Shown in pieces: positions 28,100 to 37,667 of a DNA stretch of 64,000 bases. The stretch is from Planctomycetota bacterium (GTDB lineage: Bacteria; Planctomycetota; PLA2; JAEUHO01): the NCBI GenBank assembly GCA_965222115.1, contig CBDCTJ010000001.1, positions 192,001 through 256,000 of the forward strand, written 5' to 3'. The notes below the pieces were generated by a model. It worked only from the letters and a program-made list of their open reading frames with translations. It was not told the DNA's origin and did not search any database. The translations under genes were made by a program, and so were the position numbers. Each line of letters starts with the position of its first letter. Within the stretch, counting starts at the first letter, position 1.

Positions 28100-28332
28100 G
28101 GTGATTGAACTCCGTGGTTGGGATGCGCCGATCTCGAATTGGAGCGCGACGCATCAAGTCAATCTTAGTTACCAAGCACGCTCGGTCCCCGGAATGTCGG
28201 CCACGGAATGCAGAAAAATCCAGCGATCGGTAGTCGCCCGACGAGTAGTCTACCGTGAGAACTTGCGAATGAATTTCAACGCGAGGGCTGCGCCTACGTC
28301 CAGGCGTCACACCGACCGAGTTTCAGACGACG

Positions 28333-28554
28333 TCAGTCTCCTGACCCGCTTTCCGTCCGTGCCTCGCCGGTCCCAACCGTTGGCGGAAGTGGCACAACCT
28401 GTTCGGGTGACGCCTTGGGCCCCACGATCCAGCGACGGGCGTCCTCGCCTTCCTTCGTGCCGCAGTTGCGAACGAGTGCGAACACACCCGCGGCAAGGAA
28501 CACGAGCGCCATAAACGCGCCCCACTTCCAGCGCTGCACAAAGGTCGAACTCAC
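28333..28554 (-). CDS. Small single-TM hypothetical protein
   Basis: Starts immediately after the stop of the octaheme gene; one hydrophobic helix. Confidence 0.5.
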   Translation of the reverse strand: MSSTFVQRWKWGAFMALVFLAAGVFALVRNCGTKEGEDARRWIVGPKASPEQVVPLPPTVGTGEARTESGSGD

Positions 28555-31500
28555 CTACTTATCCTCTGACGACGATGACTCAACCGGCGATAGGTCGTCC
28601 TCATAGTGCCAAATGACATAATCGGTGAGTGCATCCATCTGAACACGAGCCAACTCGCGGAACGCGCGTGCCTTGCGCTCGGCGTCGTCGCTCTCAAAGT
28701 CGGCCACCCACTGGAGGTCGTTTCGAAGCTGAAACTGGAACTTGCGAACGTTTTCGTCCACCTTCCGCGAGTTGCCATCGAGCTGCGAGTAGAAGCCCGG
28801 CATGCTCGTGCCGTCGATCAGATGCAGCGGCTCGTTGATGAGCATGCGCACCCAGCCGTGGCGGAGGCGCTCACGCGTGAGCGAGAAGGGCGGCGAAACA
28901 CCGCCCTTTCCAGGCTCAACGCCTGGCGTGCCCTCTGGCAGGTGACACATATTGCAATTGTGGGCCTCAAAGAGCTGCTTGGCCTCGTCAATCGCGTTCT
29001 CGAAACCACCCCCGTACGACTTGCCCACGAGCTGGCTGTCGGGCTGTGGAATCGTCATGCCCTGATCGGGTCCCGCCAAACGAATGAAGTAGCGCGTGAG
29101 GGCCTCGGCCTCTTCGTCCGTGAATTCAAACTCCGGCATATGAACCTGGACGATCGGACGTAAGTCGATGGGTTTCTTCAAGAACTTGTGCAGCCACTCG
29201 GTGCGTGTTCGCAGGCCTTGCGTAAACAGATTGGGCGGCAGCACTTTACCTGGCACCGACTGATCGCTCAGGTAGCCCCAAAGCAACCCGCGCTTGCCCT
29301 CAATGGTGTGGCAGTTGTTGCAGCCATAGCGATTGACGACGCGGCGGCCATTGATAATGTCGCGTTGATAGTTATTGGGCTTGAAGAGCGCGCCATCCTT
29401 GATGGGCTCCTTGACGAAACCAAGCAGCATGCCCACAACCGATGTGCGCGTGGGAATCCACGTCTCGGCTTCTTCTTCGTCGGCGGGCGGCTCTTCATCC
29501 ATGCGGAAATTGAAGCGCGGCATGCGCGACTTGTCTTGCCACACTTTCTCGCGCGCGTAGTCCCAGATCCGCGGGGTCTTGATCTTGTTGAGGAAGAACG
29601 ACTGACGCGAATGGTGAATGAGATCGTGGGGAATCATGCCAAAGTCGAGCTGGTGCAAGTCTTTGATGCCGTGGCGCGACAACTCAACGCCAATGGGCTG
29701 ATCCTTTTCATGCCCCGCAACGCCGTGGCAACCAAAGCAGCCATGTTGCGCCATGAGTTTCTCGCCAACCTTTGCAAGCAGCGTCGCGAGGCTCGAGGCG
29801 TCGCCGACGCCCCCGGCCTCCGCCTCAATCGCGCGACGGCGCAACCACGTGCCTTCCTTGGTCTTGCCGAAGAAGGTCTCGTACATATCGGCCAAGATGT
29901 CTTTGTAGTTGGATGGGAACTGCGTGGCCGGCAGCCCGTCGAACTCTTCATCCTTGAACGACAAAAGGTAATCGATGATGTCGGCGCGTTGTTGTGCCGC
30001 AGAGATCTCAACCTTGCCTGAAACGGGATTCACCACGTCCTCGATGCGCATATTGGGCATCAACGTGTGTGCGGTGTAGTGGCGGGGACGCATCAACCAA
30101 GCGTTGAGCCACTTGCGATCTTTGAGCTTGCTTCCAAGCGAATTGAGTCGCGGGCCGCGCATTAGGAGCGGGTCGCCATTGAAGCGCGGATTCATGGGGC
30201 TGTCGGGCTCGTAGTTCTCGCCAGCGCCCACCTTTACCTCAGGCAACACGTGACAGGCAGAACACCCGAGTTCATTTACGAGTTTGCGACCGTTCTCGAT
30301 GTTTCCTTGCGGAAGCTCAAGGTGATAGTTGGGATCGGCATCGGGGCCTTCGTCCAAGCGCGAGAAGATGGGGCCAACCGCGTTGCCTTCTTTGTCCTTG
30401 GGGCGCTGGTTCATCAAGTACGTGGCCATCGCCTTGATTTCGACGTTGATGCGATCGACATCGGCCTGCGTCATCTGTGGACCCAAGCGCTCGGCGAACT
30501 TGGGATCGAGCATGTGCGCGTCCATCACGGCACGGATGTCGAGTTTGCCGTCGGCGGTACGCTTGGCGTTCCAGTCGCGATCCTTGTTCACGAAGTAGAA
30601 GAACGAAGGCATCTTGGTGTCAATGCGATAGGCCTCGGGATAACGAATCCACTTTTCGAGCCACGTCATGTCCACCTTGTCTCGAATGTAGGTGAGGTCG
30701 GGGCCCACGCGCGGCGGTGTATCGGGATAGCCGACTTGCTTGCCGAAGTCTTTGACTTTGTGGCATCCCTGGCAGCCATAACGGATAATGGCGTCTTCGC
30801 CCCGCGCGTAGCGCTCGGCCTCCCAGTCAAATGCGTGCACCATGCTGTCGAGCACGCTTTCGTCCACTTCTTCGTTGTCTTCGAAGTGATCGGCGAGCGA
30901 ATCGTATAGCGCGTCGGCGATGTCAATGCGCGTGCCATCAACGGGCTTGGGCGCGCGCGGCAGGCGGAACTCGTCGTAGACCTCCATCGGGCCCAAGAGG
31001 CGATTGCCCAGTGCGCCGGGATCTTCGGGGTCGGCCCACTGGCCGAGCGGCATGTAGTCCTTGCGCGTCTTGTCAACGTCAGGGGGATCTTTCACCATCC
31101 CATGGTCAAGCGACTCGTGATACGTGACGGGATAAAACATCCCTTCTTTGTGGCACTTAAAGCACTGCCCCTGAACGTACTTAAGCGGAATCATGGGAAA
31201 ATCGATGTATTTAGCTTTGTACCAATCGTGTTGCTCTTCCCACTGATGCTGTTGTTCGTGGTCGCGCGGCGTGTGTGAGGCGCGCGCAAAATCGGTGGAC
31301 CACCCCACGCCGTGGTGACAAACACTGCAACCAATCTTGTCCATCTTGTGAGGACTCTTCGATCCCAACATGAGATCGAGGCCCGGGTGCGCCTGCATGA
31401 AGGCCGGAATGTCGAGCGACTCGATGAGTTCGGTCCGCGCCACGTCTTCTTCGTCTTCTGATTCGGGATCGAACTCGAAGTCTTTTTGATCGACGCCCGT

Positions 31501-32394
31501 GTGACACGTAATGCAGCGATCGACCTTTCTATTGGTTGCGAAGTTCCAGTTGTCGTGAATGTCGTCGAGGACGATCTGCCGCACCTTGATAGACGGCGAA
31601 ATGAAGTCAGCAAACGGCGCGTTACGCCACTGGTTCTTCTCGTAGAGTCCCGAAAGTCCCTCCAGCTTGGCCTGCTGCGTGGTGAGCGTGTGTTCGATTT
31701 CGGCAAGTTCCGCAGTCTTGACACGCCAGTCTTCTTCTAGCGCCGCGATGGCGTCGCGAACTTCCGCGTGATCGGCAGCTCGGTTTCGAAATTCCGTCTC
31801 GGCATCGAACAACATCTGCGCTTGACGATTGACATCTTTGCCCGCTTCGATCATGGCCTCGCGGGCGCTCTTCACTTCGCTGCTGTCGGGAGCGTGCCCG
31901 GCCTGGAGCTCTTCCTGCACACGCCGCTTGGCCATCTCGTAGATGTACTTTGCCGGTCCGAGGAGGCCCTTAATGCCCTTCACTTTTGCGTCGGCCGCCA
32001 CCTCGTCCTTCTTGCGCGCGTGAGCCTCTTCGAGCAATCGTGCATATTCGCTGGAATCGTCGAGCTTCTTTCGGGCCGCATCCACGGCATCGCGCATAGG
32101 TCCGATCTCATCGGCCATGGCCGCATTCTGTTCGCGGATCTGCTTGAGCTCCGCCTTATTGAGGGCGATCTTCTTCTCGAAGTAGTCCTTCTGATACGTC
32201 TTCCAAGGACGGTTGTAGTCCTTGATGACCATCCATACGAGTGCGGCAATCAACGCAATGGACGAGAACGCAAAGACGGTGCTCAATCGACCGGGCTTGT
32301 AGATCGACTCGCGGTCGCGGTTCTTCCGCGCCATGCTCGCGGCCGGTGCGCCCTTGGGGGTCTTAGTCGCAGGCGTTGTCTTAGTAGCAGGCAT
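28555..32394 (-). CDS. Membrane-anchored octaheme cytochrome c (1279 aa) of the Rieske/cyt b complex
   Basis: N-terminal TM, coiled-coil stalk; eight CxxCH motifs (CITCH, CSVCH, CFKCH, CQGCH, CSACH, CFGCH, CNNCH, CNMCH). Confidence 0.9.
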   Translation of the reverse strand: MPATKTTPATKTPKGAPAASMARKNRDRESIYKPGRLSTVFAFSSIALIAALVWMVIKDYNRPWKTYQKDYFEKKIALNKAELKQIREQNAAMADEIGPMRDAVDAARKKLDDSSEYARLLEEAHARKKDEVAADAKVKGIKGLLGPAKYIYEMAKRRVQEELQAGHAPDSSEVKSAREAMIEAGKDVNRQAQMLFDAETEFRNRAADHAEVRDAIAALEEDWRVKTAELAEIEHTLTTQQAKLEGLSGLYEKNQWRNAPFADFISPSIKVRQIVLDDIHDNWNFATNRKVDRCITCHTGVDQKDFEFDPESEDEEDVARTELIESLDIPAFMQAHPGLDLMLGSKSPHKMDKIGCSVCHHGVGWSTDFARASHTPRDHEQQHQWEEQHDWYKAKYIDFPMIPLKYVQGQCFKCHKEGMFYPVTYHESLDHGMVKDPPDVDKTRKDYMPLGQWADPEDPGALGNRLLGPMEVYDEFRLPRAPKPVDGTRIDIADALYDSLADHFEDNEEVDESVLDSMVHAFDWEAERYARGEDAIIRYGCQGCHKVKDFGKQVGYPDTPPRVGPDLTYIRDKVDMTWLEKWIRYPEAYRIDTKMPSFFYFVNKDRDWNAKRTADGKLDIRAVMDAHMLDPKFAERLGPQMTQADVDRINVEIKAMATYLMNQRPKDKEGNAVGPIFSRLDEGPDADPNYHLELPQGNIENGRKLVNELGCSACHVLPEVKVGAGENYEPDSPMNPRFNGDPLLMRGPRLNSLGSKLKDRKWLNAWLMRPRHYTAHTLMPNMRIEDVVNPVSGKVEISAAQQRADIIDYLLSFKDEEFDGLPATQFPSNYKDILADMYETFFGKTKEGTWLRRRAIEAEAGGVGDASSLATLLAKVGEKLMAQHGCFGCHGVAGHEKDQPIGVELSRHGIKDLHQLDFGMIPHDLIHHSRQSFFLNKIKTPRIWDYAREKVWQDKSRMPRFNFRMDEEPPADEEEAETWIPTRTSVVGMLLGFVKEPIKDGALFKPNNYQRDIINGRRVVNRYGCNNCHTIEGKRGLLWGYLSDQSVPGKVLPPNLFTQGLRTRTEWLHKFLKKPIDLRPIVQVHMPEFEFTDEEAEALTRYFIRLAGPDQGMTIPQPDSQLVGKSYGGGFENAIDEAKQLFEAHNCNMCHLPEGTPGVEPGKGGVSPPFSLTRERLRHGWVRMLINEPLHLIDGTSMPGFYSQLDGNSRKVDENVRKFQFQLRNDLQWVADFESDDAERKARAFRELARVQMDALTDYVIWHYEDDLSPVESSSSEDK

Positions 32395-32463
32395 AGTGCG
32401 TGCTCCGTCGATCGAATTCGCTTGTTGCTGGCTTGCTCATGACGTCCACCGAGTGCGCAAAGG

Positions 32464-33567
32464 CTAGATGTTGAGCTGTAGCTCGGGAATGTTGACGATG
32501 TACTTCAAGTTGAACGCCCACCGCAGTCCCATCTTGATGGGTACGGCTAGCATCAACAGCCCGAGGTTGACGACCACACCAAAACGTATGGCGCCAAGTT
32601 CTCGGAACAGCTTCTTGCCCCACGTAAGCGCAAATACCAGTGGCACCACCGTGAAGTAGAAGACGACCATCAAAATGCCCGGCAATTCGCGCAAGAGCGT
32701 GCTGTCGGGCTCGTGTTGACCGAGCATCTTGTTGTAGAAAATCTCGGACACGTCGATGTTTTGCAGCGGCTCGACTTTGTTGACGTCCCAATATTCATAG
32801 ACGCCAAAGAAGTTCCATCCGGGGCCTCGAAGGAACGTGCCCAGGAACACCTGGAGCACCCACAGGATGAAGAAACCGAGCAAGAAGACGAAGATCGCGC
32901 CCTGCCGTTCCTTCAAGGTGTAGTAGCCATTGCCCTTGGGGTTGCGATCGATGTAGGGAATCGCAATCAACCCAATCATGATCAACATGGGAATCAAAAT
33001 GCCCGCCAGCCACGGGTCGAAGTAAACCAGCATTTCCTGGAGTCCCAGGAAGTACCACGGCGCCTTTGACGGGTTGGGCGTACGCGCGGCATTGGCGGGT
33101 TCTTCGATGGGTGCGGGCAAAAGAACCGACCACACAATCAAGGCAACGGTGCAAAGCACCATGGCGATCAACTCGGTGTAGACCAAATCGGGCCACACCA
33201 AGACTTTCCGGCTCTTCTCTGCGGCCTCCACCGGTGGTTCGCCGCGCGCAATGCGTTGGTCGTTGATGACTGCCTTGCGAAGCGAGAGCCAATAGAAGAA
33301 GTAGAGCAGTGCCAAAATGATGATGATGGGCACGTTGTCGGCCTTGGTGACGCTCTCGCGGAACTGAGCGTGGCCTTCGCGGATGCCAATGTCGAGGCAC
33401 GAGTACACAACGAGCGCACCGAGAAACGCCCCGATGGCCAATGCAATCGGCGGTTTGGTCCAGACGTGCGCAAAGCGCAAGCTGAGAATCAGCAACACGG
33501 TAGCCAGCGGAAACAGAATCTCCGGCTTCGTGAGCACATTGAAAATCGAATCGATGGTCTCGAACAC
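32464..33567 (-). CDS. Cytochrome b C-terminal (subunit IV-like) protein with extra TM helices
   Basis: VWPDL...EEPAN...TPNPSKAPWYF (PEWY variant), IPYIDRNP. Confidence 0.85.
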   Translation of the reverse strand: MFETIDSIFNVLTKPEILFPLATVLLILSLRFAHVWTKPPIALAIGAFLGALVVYSCLDIGIREGHAQFRESVTKADNVPIIIILALLYFFYWLSLRKAVINDQRIARGEPPVEAAEKSRKVLVWPDLVYTELIAMVLCTVALIVWSVLLPAPIEEPANAARTPNPSKAPWYFLGLQEMLVYFDPWLAGILIPMLIMIGLIAIPYIDRNPKGNGYYTLKERQGAIFVFLLGFFILWVLQVFLGTFLRGPGWNFFGVYEYWDVNKVEPLQNIDVSEIFYNKMLGQHEPDSTLLRELPGILMVVFYFTVVPLVFALTWGKKLFRELGAIRFGVVVNLGLLMLAVPIKMGLRWAFNLKYIVNIPELQLNI

Positions 33568-33588
33568 GATGTCTGCCCCTACCGCGAC

Positions 33589-34368
33589 TTAAAGTGGCCC
33601 GCTAATGCCGCCGTCCTTACGGACGCGCCAGAAGTGAACCGCCATCAACACCATGGCAATGACCGGCACGGCAATGCAGTGCAGGACATAGAAGCGCAGC
33701 AACGTGCCTTCACCCACGAAGCGACCGCCGAGCAGCGCATAGCGAATGTCGTTGCCGCTCGTGACCAACTGCACGTCGTCGATCTTGAGCAAGTTGGACG
33801 CCGGGCCCTCGTAGCCAATGCCCGGGTGGGCGCGCGCCATGTTGGTACCCACCGTTACCGCCCAAATCGCGAGCTGATCCCATGGCAAGAGGTAGCCCGT
33901 GAACGAGAGGAACAGGGTGACCACCAGCAACACAACACCGATGCCCCAGTTGAACTCACGCGGTGGTTTGTAGGACCCCGTCATAAAGACACGGAACATA
34001 TGCAGCCACACGGTGATGACCATCGCGTGGGCGCCCCAGCGATGGATCTCTCGCATGATGCCCAGCGGGACATCTTCGCGCAGCGCCATGATGTCGCTGT
34101 AGGCACTTGCTGCGACGGGACGGTAGTAAAACATCAGCAAGATGCCGGTGACCGTCTCCACCAAGAAGAGGAAGAACGTGAGGCCGCCCATGCACCACGT
34201 AAACGACAGGCGAATGCCCGACGCACGCGCACGCACAGGGTGCAGGTGCAAAAACACATTTGCCAACATGACCATCGCGCGATTGCGGGCCGTAGTGGGT
34301 GGACCGTGGCGGAAGATGCTCTTCCAGACCTGCGATCCGCGAATGTAGTCGGATACCTTTTTGAGCAT
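33589..34368 (-). CDS. petB: Cytochrome b6-like N-terminal subunit
   Basis: WCMGG (heme ci Cys), IHRWGAH...[20 protein letters not shown]...VHF. Confidence 0.88.
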   Translation of the reverse strand: MLKKVSDYIRGSQVWKSIFRHGPPTTARNRAMVMLANVFLHLHPVRARASGIRLSFTWCMGGLTFFLFLVETVTGILLMFYYRPVAASAYSDIMALREDVPLGIMREIHRWGAHAMVITVWLHMFRVFMTGSYKPPREFNWGIGVVLLVVTLFLSFTGYLLPWDQLAIWAVTVGTNMARAHPGIGYEGPASNLLKIDDVQLVTSGNDIRYALLGGRFVGEGTLLRFYVLHCIAVPVIAMVLMAVHFWRVRKDGGISGPL

Positions 34369-34380
34369 GCCTGCCTCGGA

Positions 34381-35013
34381 TCACGCCACGTCAATGTAGA
34401 ACTGCGACGCTTCACACGTCCCGAGTTCCACTTGGCATTTGACCGTCTTGTCCACAATCACGTTCCCTGTTACTGGATCTTCGTAGATACGAAATCGTTC
34501 CAAGGGTCGCGGCGTGGGTCCCTCAAAGTTGACGCCATCGATGTAGTAGCCCGAGCCGTGGCACGGACACTTGTACTTTTTCTCACCGGATGCCCAGTTG
34601 GGCGTGCAGCCCAAGTGCGTACACACGGTGGAAATGGCCATGAGCTTGCCGCCAGTGTTTGCAATCCACACGGCGTCGGATTCTTTCCACGACTCGTCCA
34701 CCGCCTCGGCGTTGAACGCAGTCTTTGGCTTGTCGGTCGAAAACACTTGCGCCGGCTCGAACGACACATTGGGAAATAAGAAGCGCACCAGGGCGAGCTT
34801 GCCCATTCCGCCAGCCGCGGCAAAGCTCATCCATCCAACCGTCGCGGCGCTAAAGAGCCCGCGGCGCGATGTCTTTAGCGGGGGCGTAGCGTCCTTGGGT
34901 TTGAGACGATCAACCTTGTCTGCGGAATGCGTGGCGGGAAAGTCGTAGGGCCAGGGGCTGGGCCATTGCTGGGTGGCTTGGGGCACCTTGGATGATGTCT
35001 TGGAATCGGCCAT
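34381..35013 (-). CDS. Rieske 2Fe-2S subunit
   Basis: Tat-like SRRGLF + TM; CTHLGC and CPCHGS. Confidence 0.93.
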   Translation of the reverse strand: MADSKTSSKVPQATQQWPSPWPYDFPATHSADKVDRLKPKDATPPLKTSRRGLFSAATVGWMSFAAAGGMGKLALVRFLFPNVSFEPAQVFSTDKPKTAFNAEAVDESWKESDAVWIANTGGKLMAISTVCTHLGCTPNWASGEKKYKCPCHGSGYYIDGVNFEGPTPRPLERFRIYEDPVTGNVIVDKTVKCQVELGTCEASQFYIDVA

Positions 35014-36150
35014 CTACTGCTTCCTCCAGCTTTCAAGGACCCGGCGAGCGAGCGCGCGAACCGCGTCATCCGGTTCATGCTCATCGAGGGTCAGGCGAAC
35101 CACCAGCGGTCGCAAGCTTTCGTCGCCCAGGAACCCGGCGGCACGGATGCCATTGGCCACAGCGGGTGAGACCATTTCGGGCTTCAGCTTGAGCGCCGCG
35201 AGCGACTCGCGATTCAACGATCGTTTAATCATGTCGATGCCGGTGGCGTCCTTGCGATAGGCCAAGCCGTAGGCGGCGTTGAGGCGCACACCGGCATTGG
35301 CGTCTTCCAGGCCCGCACGCAGCGCGCGGCGAACCTCTTCACTTTCGCTGTGGCCACCCCCAACGCGATCGAGTCCCAACATGGTGAGCCCCGAAAAGGC
35401 CATGGTGCGGACCTCGGGATCGGTCTGTTCCTTGGCCATTTTGAGAAGCGCGGGCTCGGTATCACGGTGTTCCATGAACATGATGCCGGAGGCCGCGGCT
35501 CGGCGAACGATTTGGGGTGCTTCGCGAGCGCCCTTCCCGGGATACATCGTGCCCAAAAGAGTGGGAATAGCCTCGGTAATCTGCGCGCGACCGAGGGCGC
35601 GCGCCAACATGATCTGACGGCCTTCGCTTTCTTCCTTGCGGGCCGACTCAAATGCACGAATGAGTCCCTCGCGAAACGTGGGATTCTCGTAGAACGCCGG
35701 CGGACTCTCTTCGGACTGTTTGTAGGTGCCGTCGAGCGTTTCCTTGTCAACGCGCGTTCGCTCTTTGGTAATCATGATCGCGAGCTGTTGGCCAGCTTGC
35801 TTTTGAACGTTTTCGCCGCCGTGCAACACGTCTTCGAGCAGTTCCGCGGGCGACTTCTGTGAACTGCCAAGCGCACCAAAGAGGACAAACAGCCCGACCG
35901 CTATGCCCACAATCAGCAGCGGAAACAGGAAGAATTGCCAAACTAGCATGGCGCCCTTCTTTGAAGGGTTCGATGCTTTGGGATCGGTTTGGTGAAAGAT
36001 GGGATCGTCGGACGCTGGCCCACCACCGGGAACGCGCGACCCGTCGGATCCGTCGGGATCCGTTGATTTGGACGCTGATGAAGATGGAGTTGGCGGCAAC
36101 GCGGATCCTTCGTACCGCTGCGGCGCGTGGTGGGTTGCCCACGGTCGCAA
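35014..36150 (-). CDS. Membrane-anchored HEAT-repeat protein (start uncertain)
   Basis: TM helix followed by ARALG, DPEVR, VRLNAAYGL, DDAVR repeats; stop abuts the Rieske start. Confidence 0.7.
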   Translation of the reverse strand: MRPWATHHAPQRYEGSALPPTPSSSASKSTDPDGSDGSRVPGGGPASDDPIFHQTDPKASNPSKKGAMLVWQFFLFPLLIVGIAVGLFVLFGALGSSQKSPAELLEDVLHGGENVQKQAGQQLAIMITKERTRVDKETLDGTYKQSEESPPAFYENPTFREGLIRAFESARKEESEGRQIMLARALGRAQITEAIPTLLGTMYPGKGAREAPQIVRRAAASGIMFMEHRDTEPALLKMAKEQTDPEVRTMAFSGLTMLGLDRVGGGHSESEEVRRALRAGLEDANAGVRLNAAYGLAYRKDATGIDMIKRSLNRESLAALKLKPEMVSPAVANGIRAAGFLGDESLRPLVVRLTLDEHEPDDAVRALARRVLESWRKQ

Positions 36151-36240
36151 AACGGAGGTCGAGCAGCGCCAAGAGGATACGTCCGCGGCGTCGTTCCCCC
36201 AGTCAAATACGCGCGCTACTTACCTACGACCGGTCCGAGA

Positions 36241-37296
36241 TTACGTTCCCAAATCGTGCGCGCTTTCGCGCGTTCCCGTGGTTCGTGAACGGCGCGCGGC
36301 GGCGATCAACTGAAGGTCTTCACAGAGATCCAAAAACGCGGCAGGCCGAAGCGCTTGACGGGCGTCGCAGCGCGCCCGAAGCGGGTCCTCGTGGACCTCA
36401 ACCATCACCCCGTCGGCCCCGGCGGCGCACGCCGCAAGCGCCATAGGCGCCACATACTCCGCGTGTCCGGTCGCATGGGCCGGATCCACAATGATGGGAA
36501 GGTGGGTTCGCGCTCTAAGCGCCGGAACAGCAGCAAGATCAAGTTGATTTCGAGTCGCAGAATCAAATCCGCGGATCCCGCGCTCGCAGAGCACCACATT
36601 CGCATTGCCCTGCGCCAGGATGTACTCGGCAGCCGATAGCCAGTCGGCGAGCGTGGCCGAGCGCCCCCGTTTGAGCATGACAGGGTGCCCGCTCTTTCCG
36701 ACCTCAATCAGGAGATCGAAGTTGCTCATGTTCCGTGTGCCGATCTGGAGCATGTCCACGTTGCTAATGCACGCCTCAATGTGGCGCGGATCACAAACTT
36801 CGCTCACGACGGGAAGTCCCGTTTCCTGACTGGCCTCGCGAAGCATCTTTAGACCGTCGAGACCCAGTCCGCGAAACGTGTAGGGGTTGGTGCGCGGCTT
36901 ATACGCACCGCCACGCAACACGTGGGCACCGGCAGCCTTTACGGCACGCGCCGTACGCAACAACACGCCCTCATCTTCAACGGCACACGGACCGCCGATA
37001 ATCGTAAAATGCCCGTCAACGCCTCCAAATCGTGCGTTTCCAACCTTTACGACAGTCGGTACCGATTGATGCGCAAGACTTGAAAGCATGTGGCGCGAAC
37101 GAATGGGAACAACTTTGGCAACACCAGGAAACAAGCCCAACGGTATGTCGCGAAAACGATCGAGTTCGCCTTCAAGTTTCCAAATCACGCGATCGGCTTC
37201 GTCAATGATCCGCGGCGTGCACCCCGCCTCGCGCACAATCTCATCCACCCGCCGCCGATCGGCATCCGTGGCATGACTGCTGAAAATCACGAGCAT
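36241..37296 (-). CDS. aroF: 3-deoxy-7-phosphoheptulonate (DAHP) synthase, type Ibeta
   Basis: GPCAVE, RGGAYKPRT, QIGTRNMSNF, LCERGIR, DPAH, EVH motifs. Confidence 0.9.
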   Translation of the reverse strand: MLVIFSSHATDADRRRVDEIVREAGCTPRIIDEADRVIWKLEGELDRFRDIPLGLFPGVAKVVPIRSRHMLSSLAHQSVPTVVKVGNARFGGVDGHFTIIGGPCAVEDEGVLLRTARAVKAAGAHVLRGGAYKPRTNPYTFRGLGLDGLKMLREASQETGLPVVSEVCDPRHIEACISNVDMLQIGTRNMSNFDLLIEVGKSGHPVMLKRGRSATLADWLSAAEYILAQGNANVVLCERGIRGFDSATRNQLDLAAVPALRARTHLPIIVDPAHATGHAEYVAPMALAACAAGADGVMVEVHEDPLRARCDARQALRPAAFLDLCEDLQLIAAARRSRTTGTRESAHDLGT

Positions 37297-37667
37297 CGAA
37301 GCGCTCCAAATCCATACTTCGCCGGGATTCTCCCCTGGCACTCAGCAAGCCGCGAGGGGAATCGGGCCGGGCTCGAAGCAGCCTCGCTCGAAGTCCGGAT
37401 TCACGTGAAGCCAACATAGCAATAACAAACTACTGGAAATTGGGGGCGGGGCACGGCTCGCATCGAAGCCGCGAGAAGGCGAGCGCAAAGCGCACCCCAA
37501 GTTGGTGCTCGCTCCCAATCTAGTCTTGCTGAGTGCACCAGTCTCAACTTCACTCAGCAATCAGAGCGATTGAAGCCACGCATCCGCCAATGGACGCTTG
37601 TGTACCCTCTACAGTAGCGAGAGAATCTGGCGAACCTATGTTGTTTGGGAATGGAGACACGAGCCAA

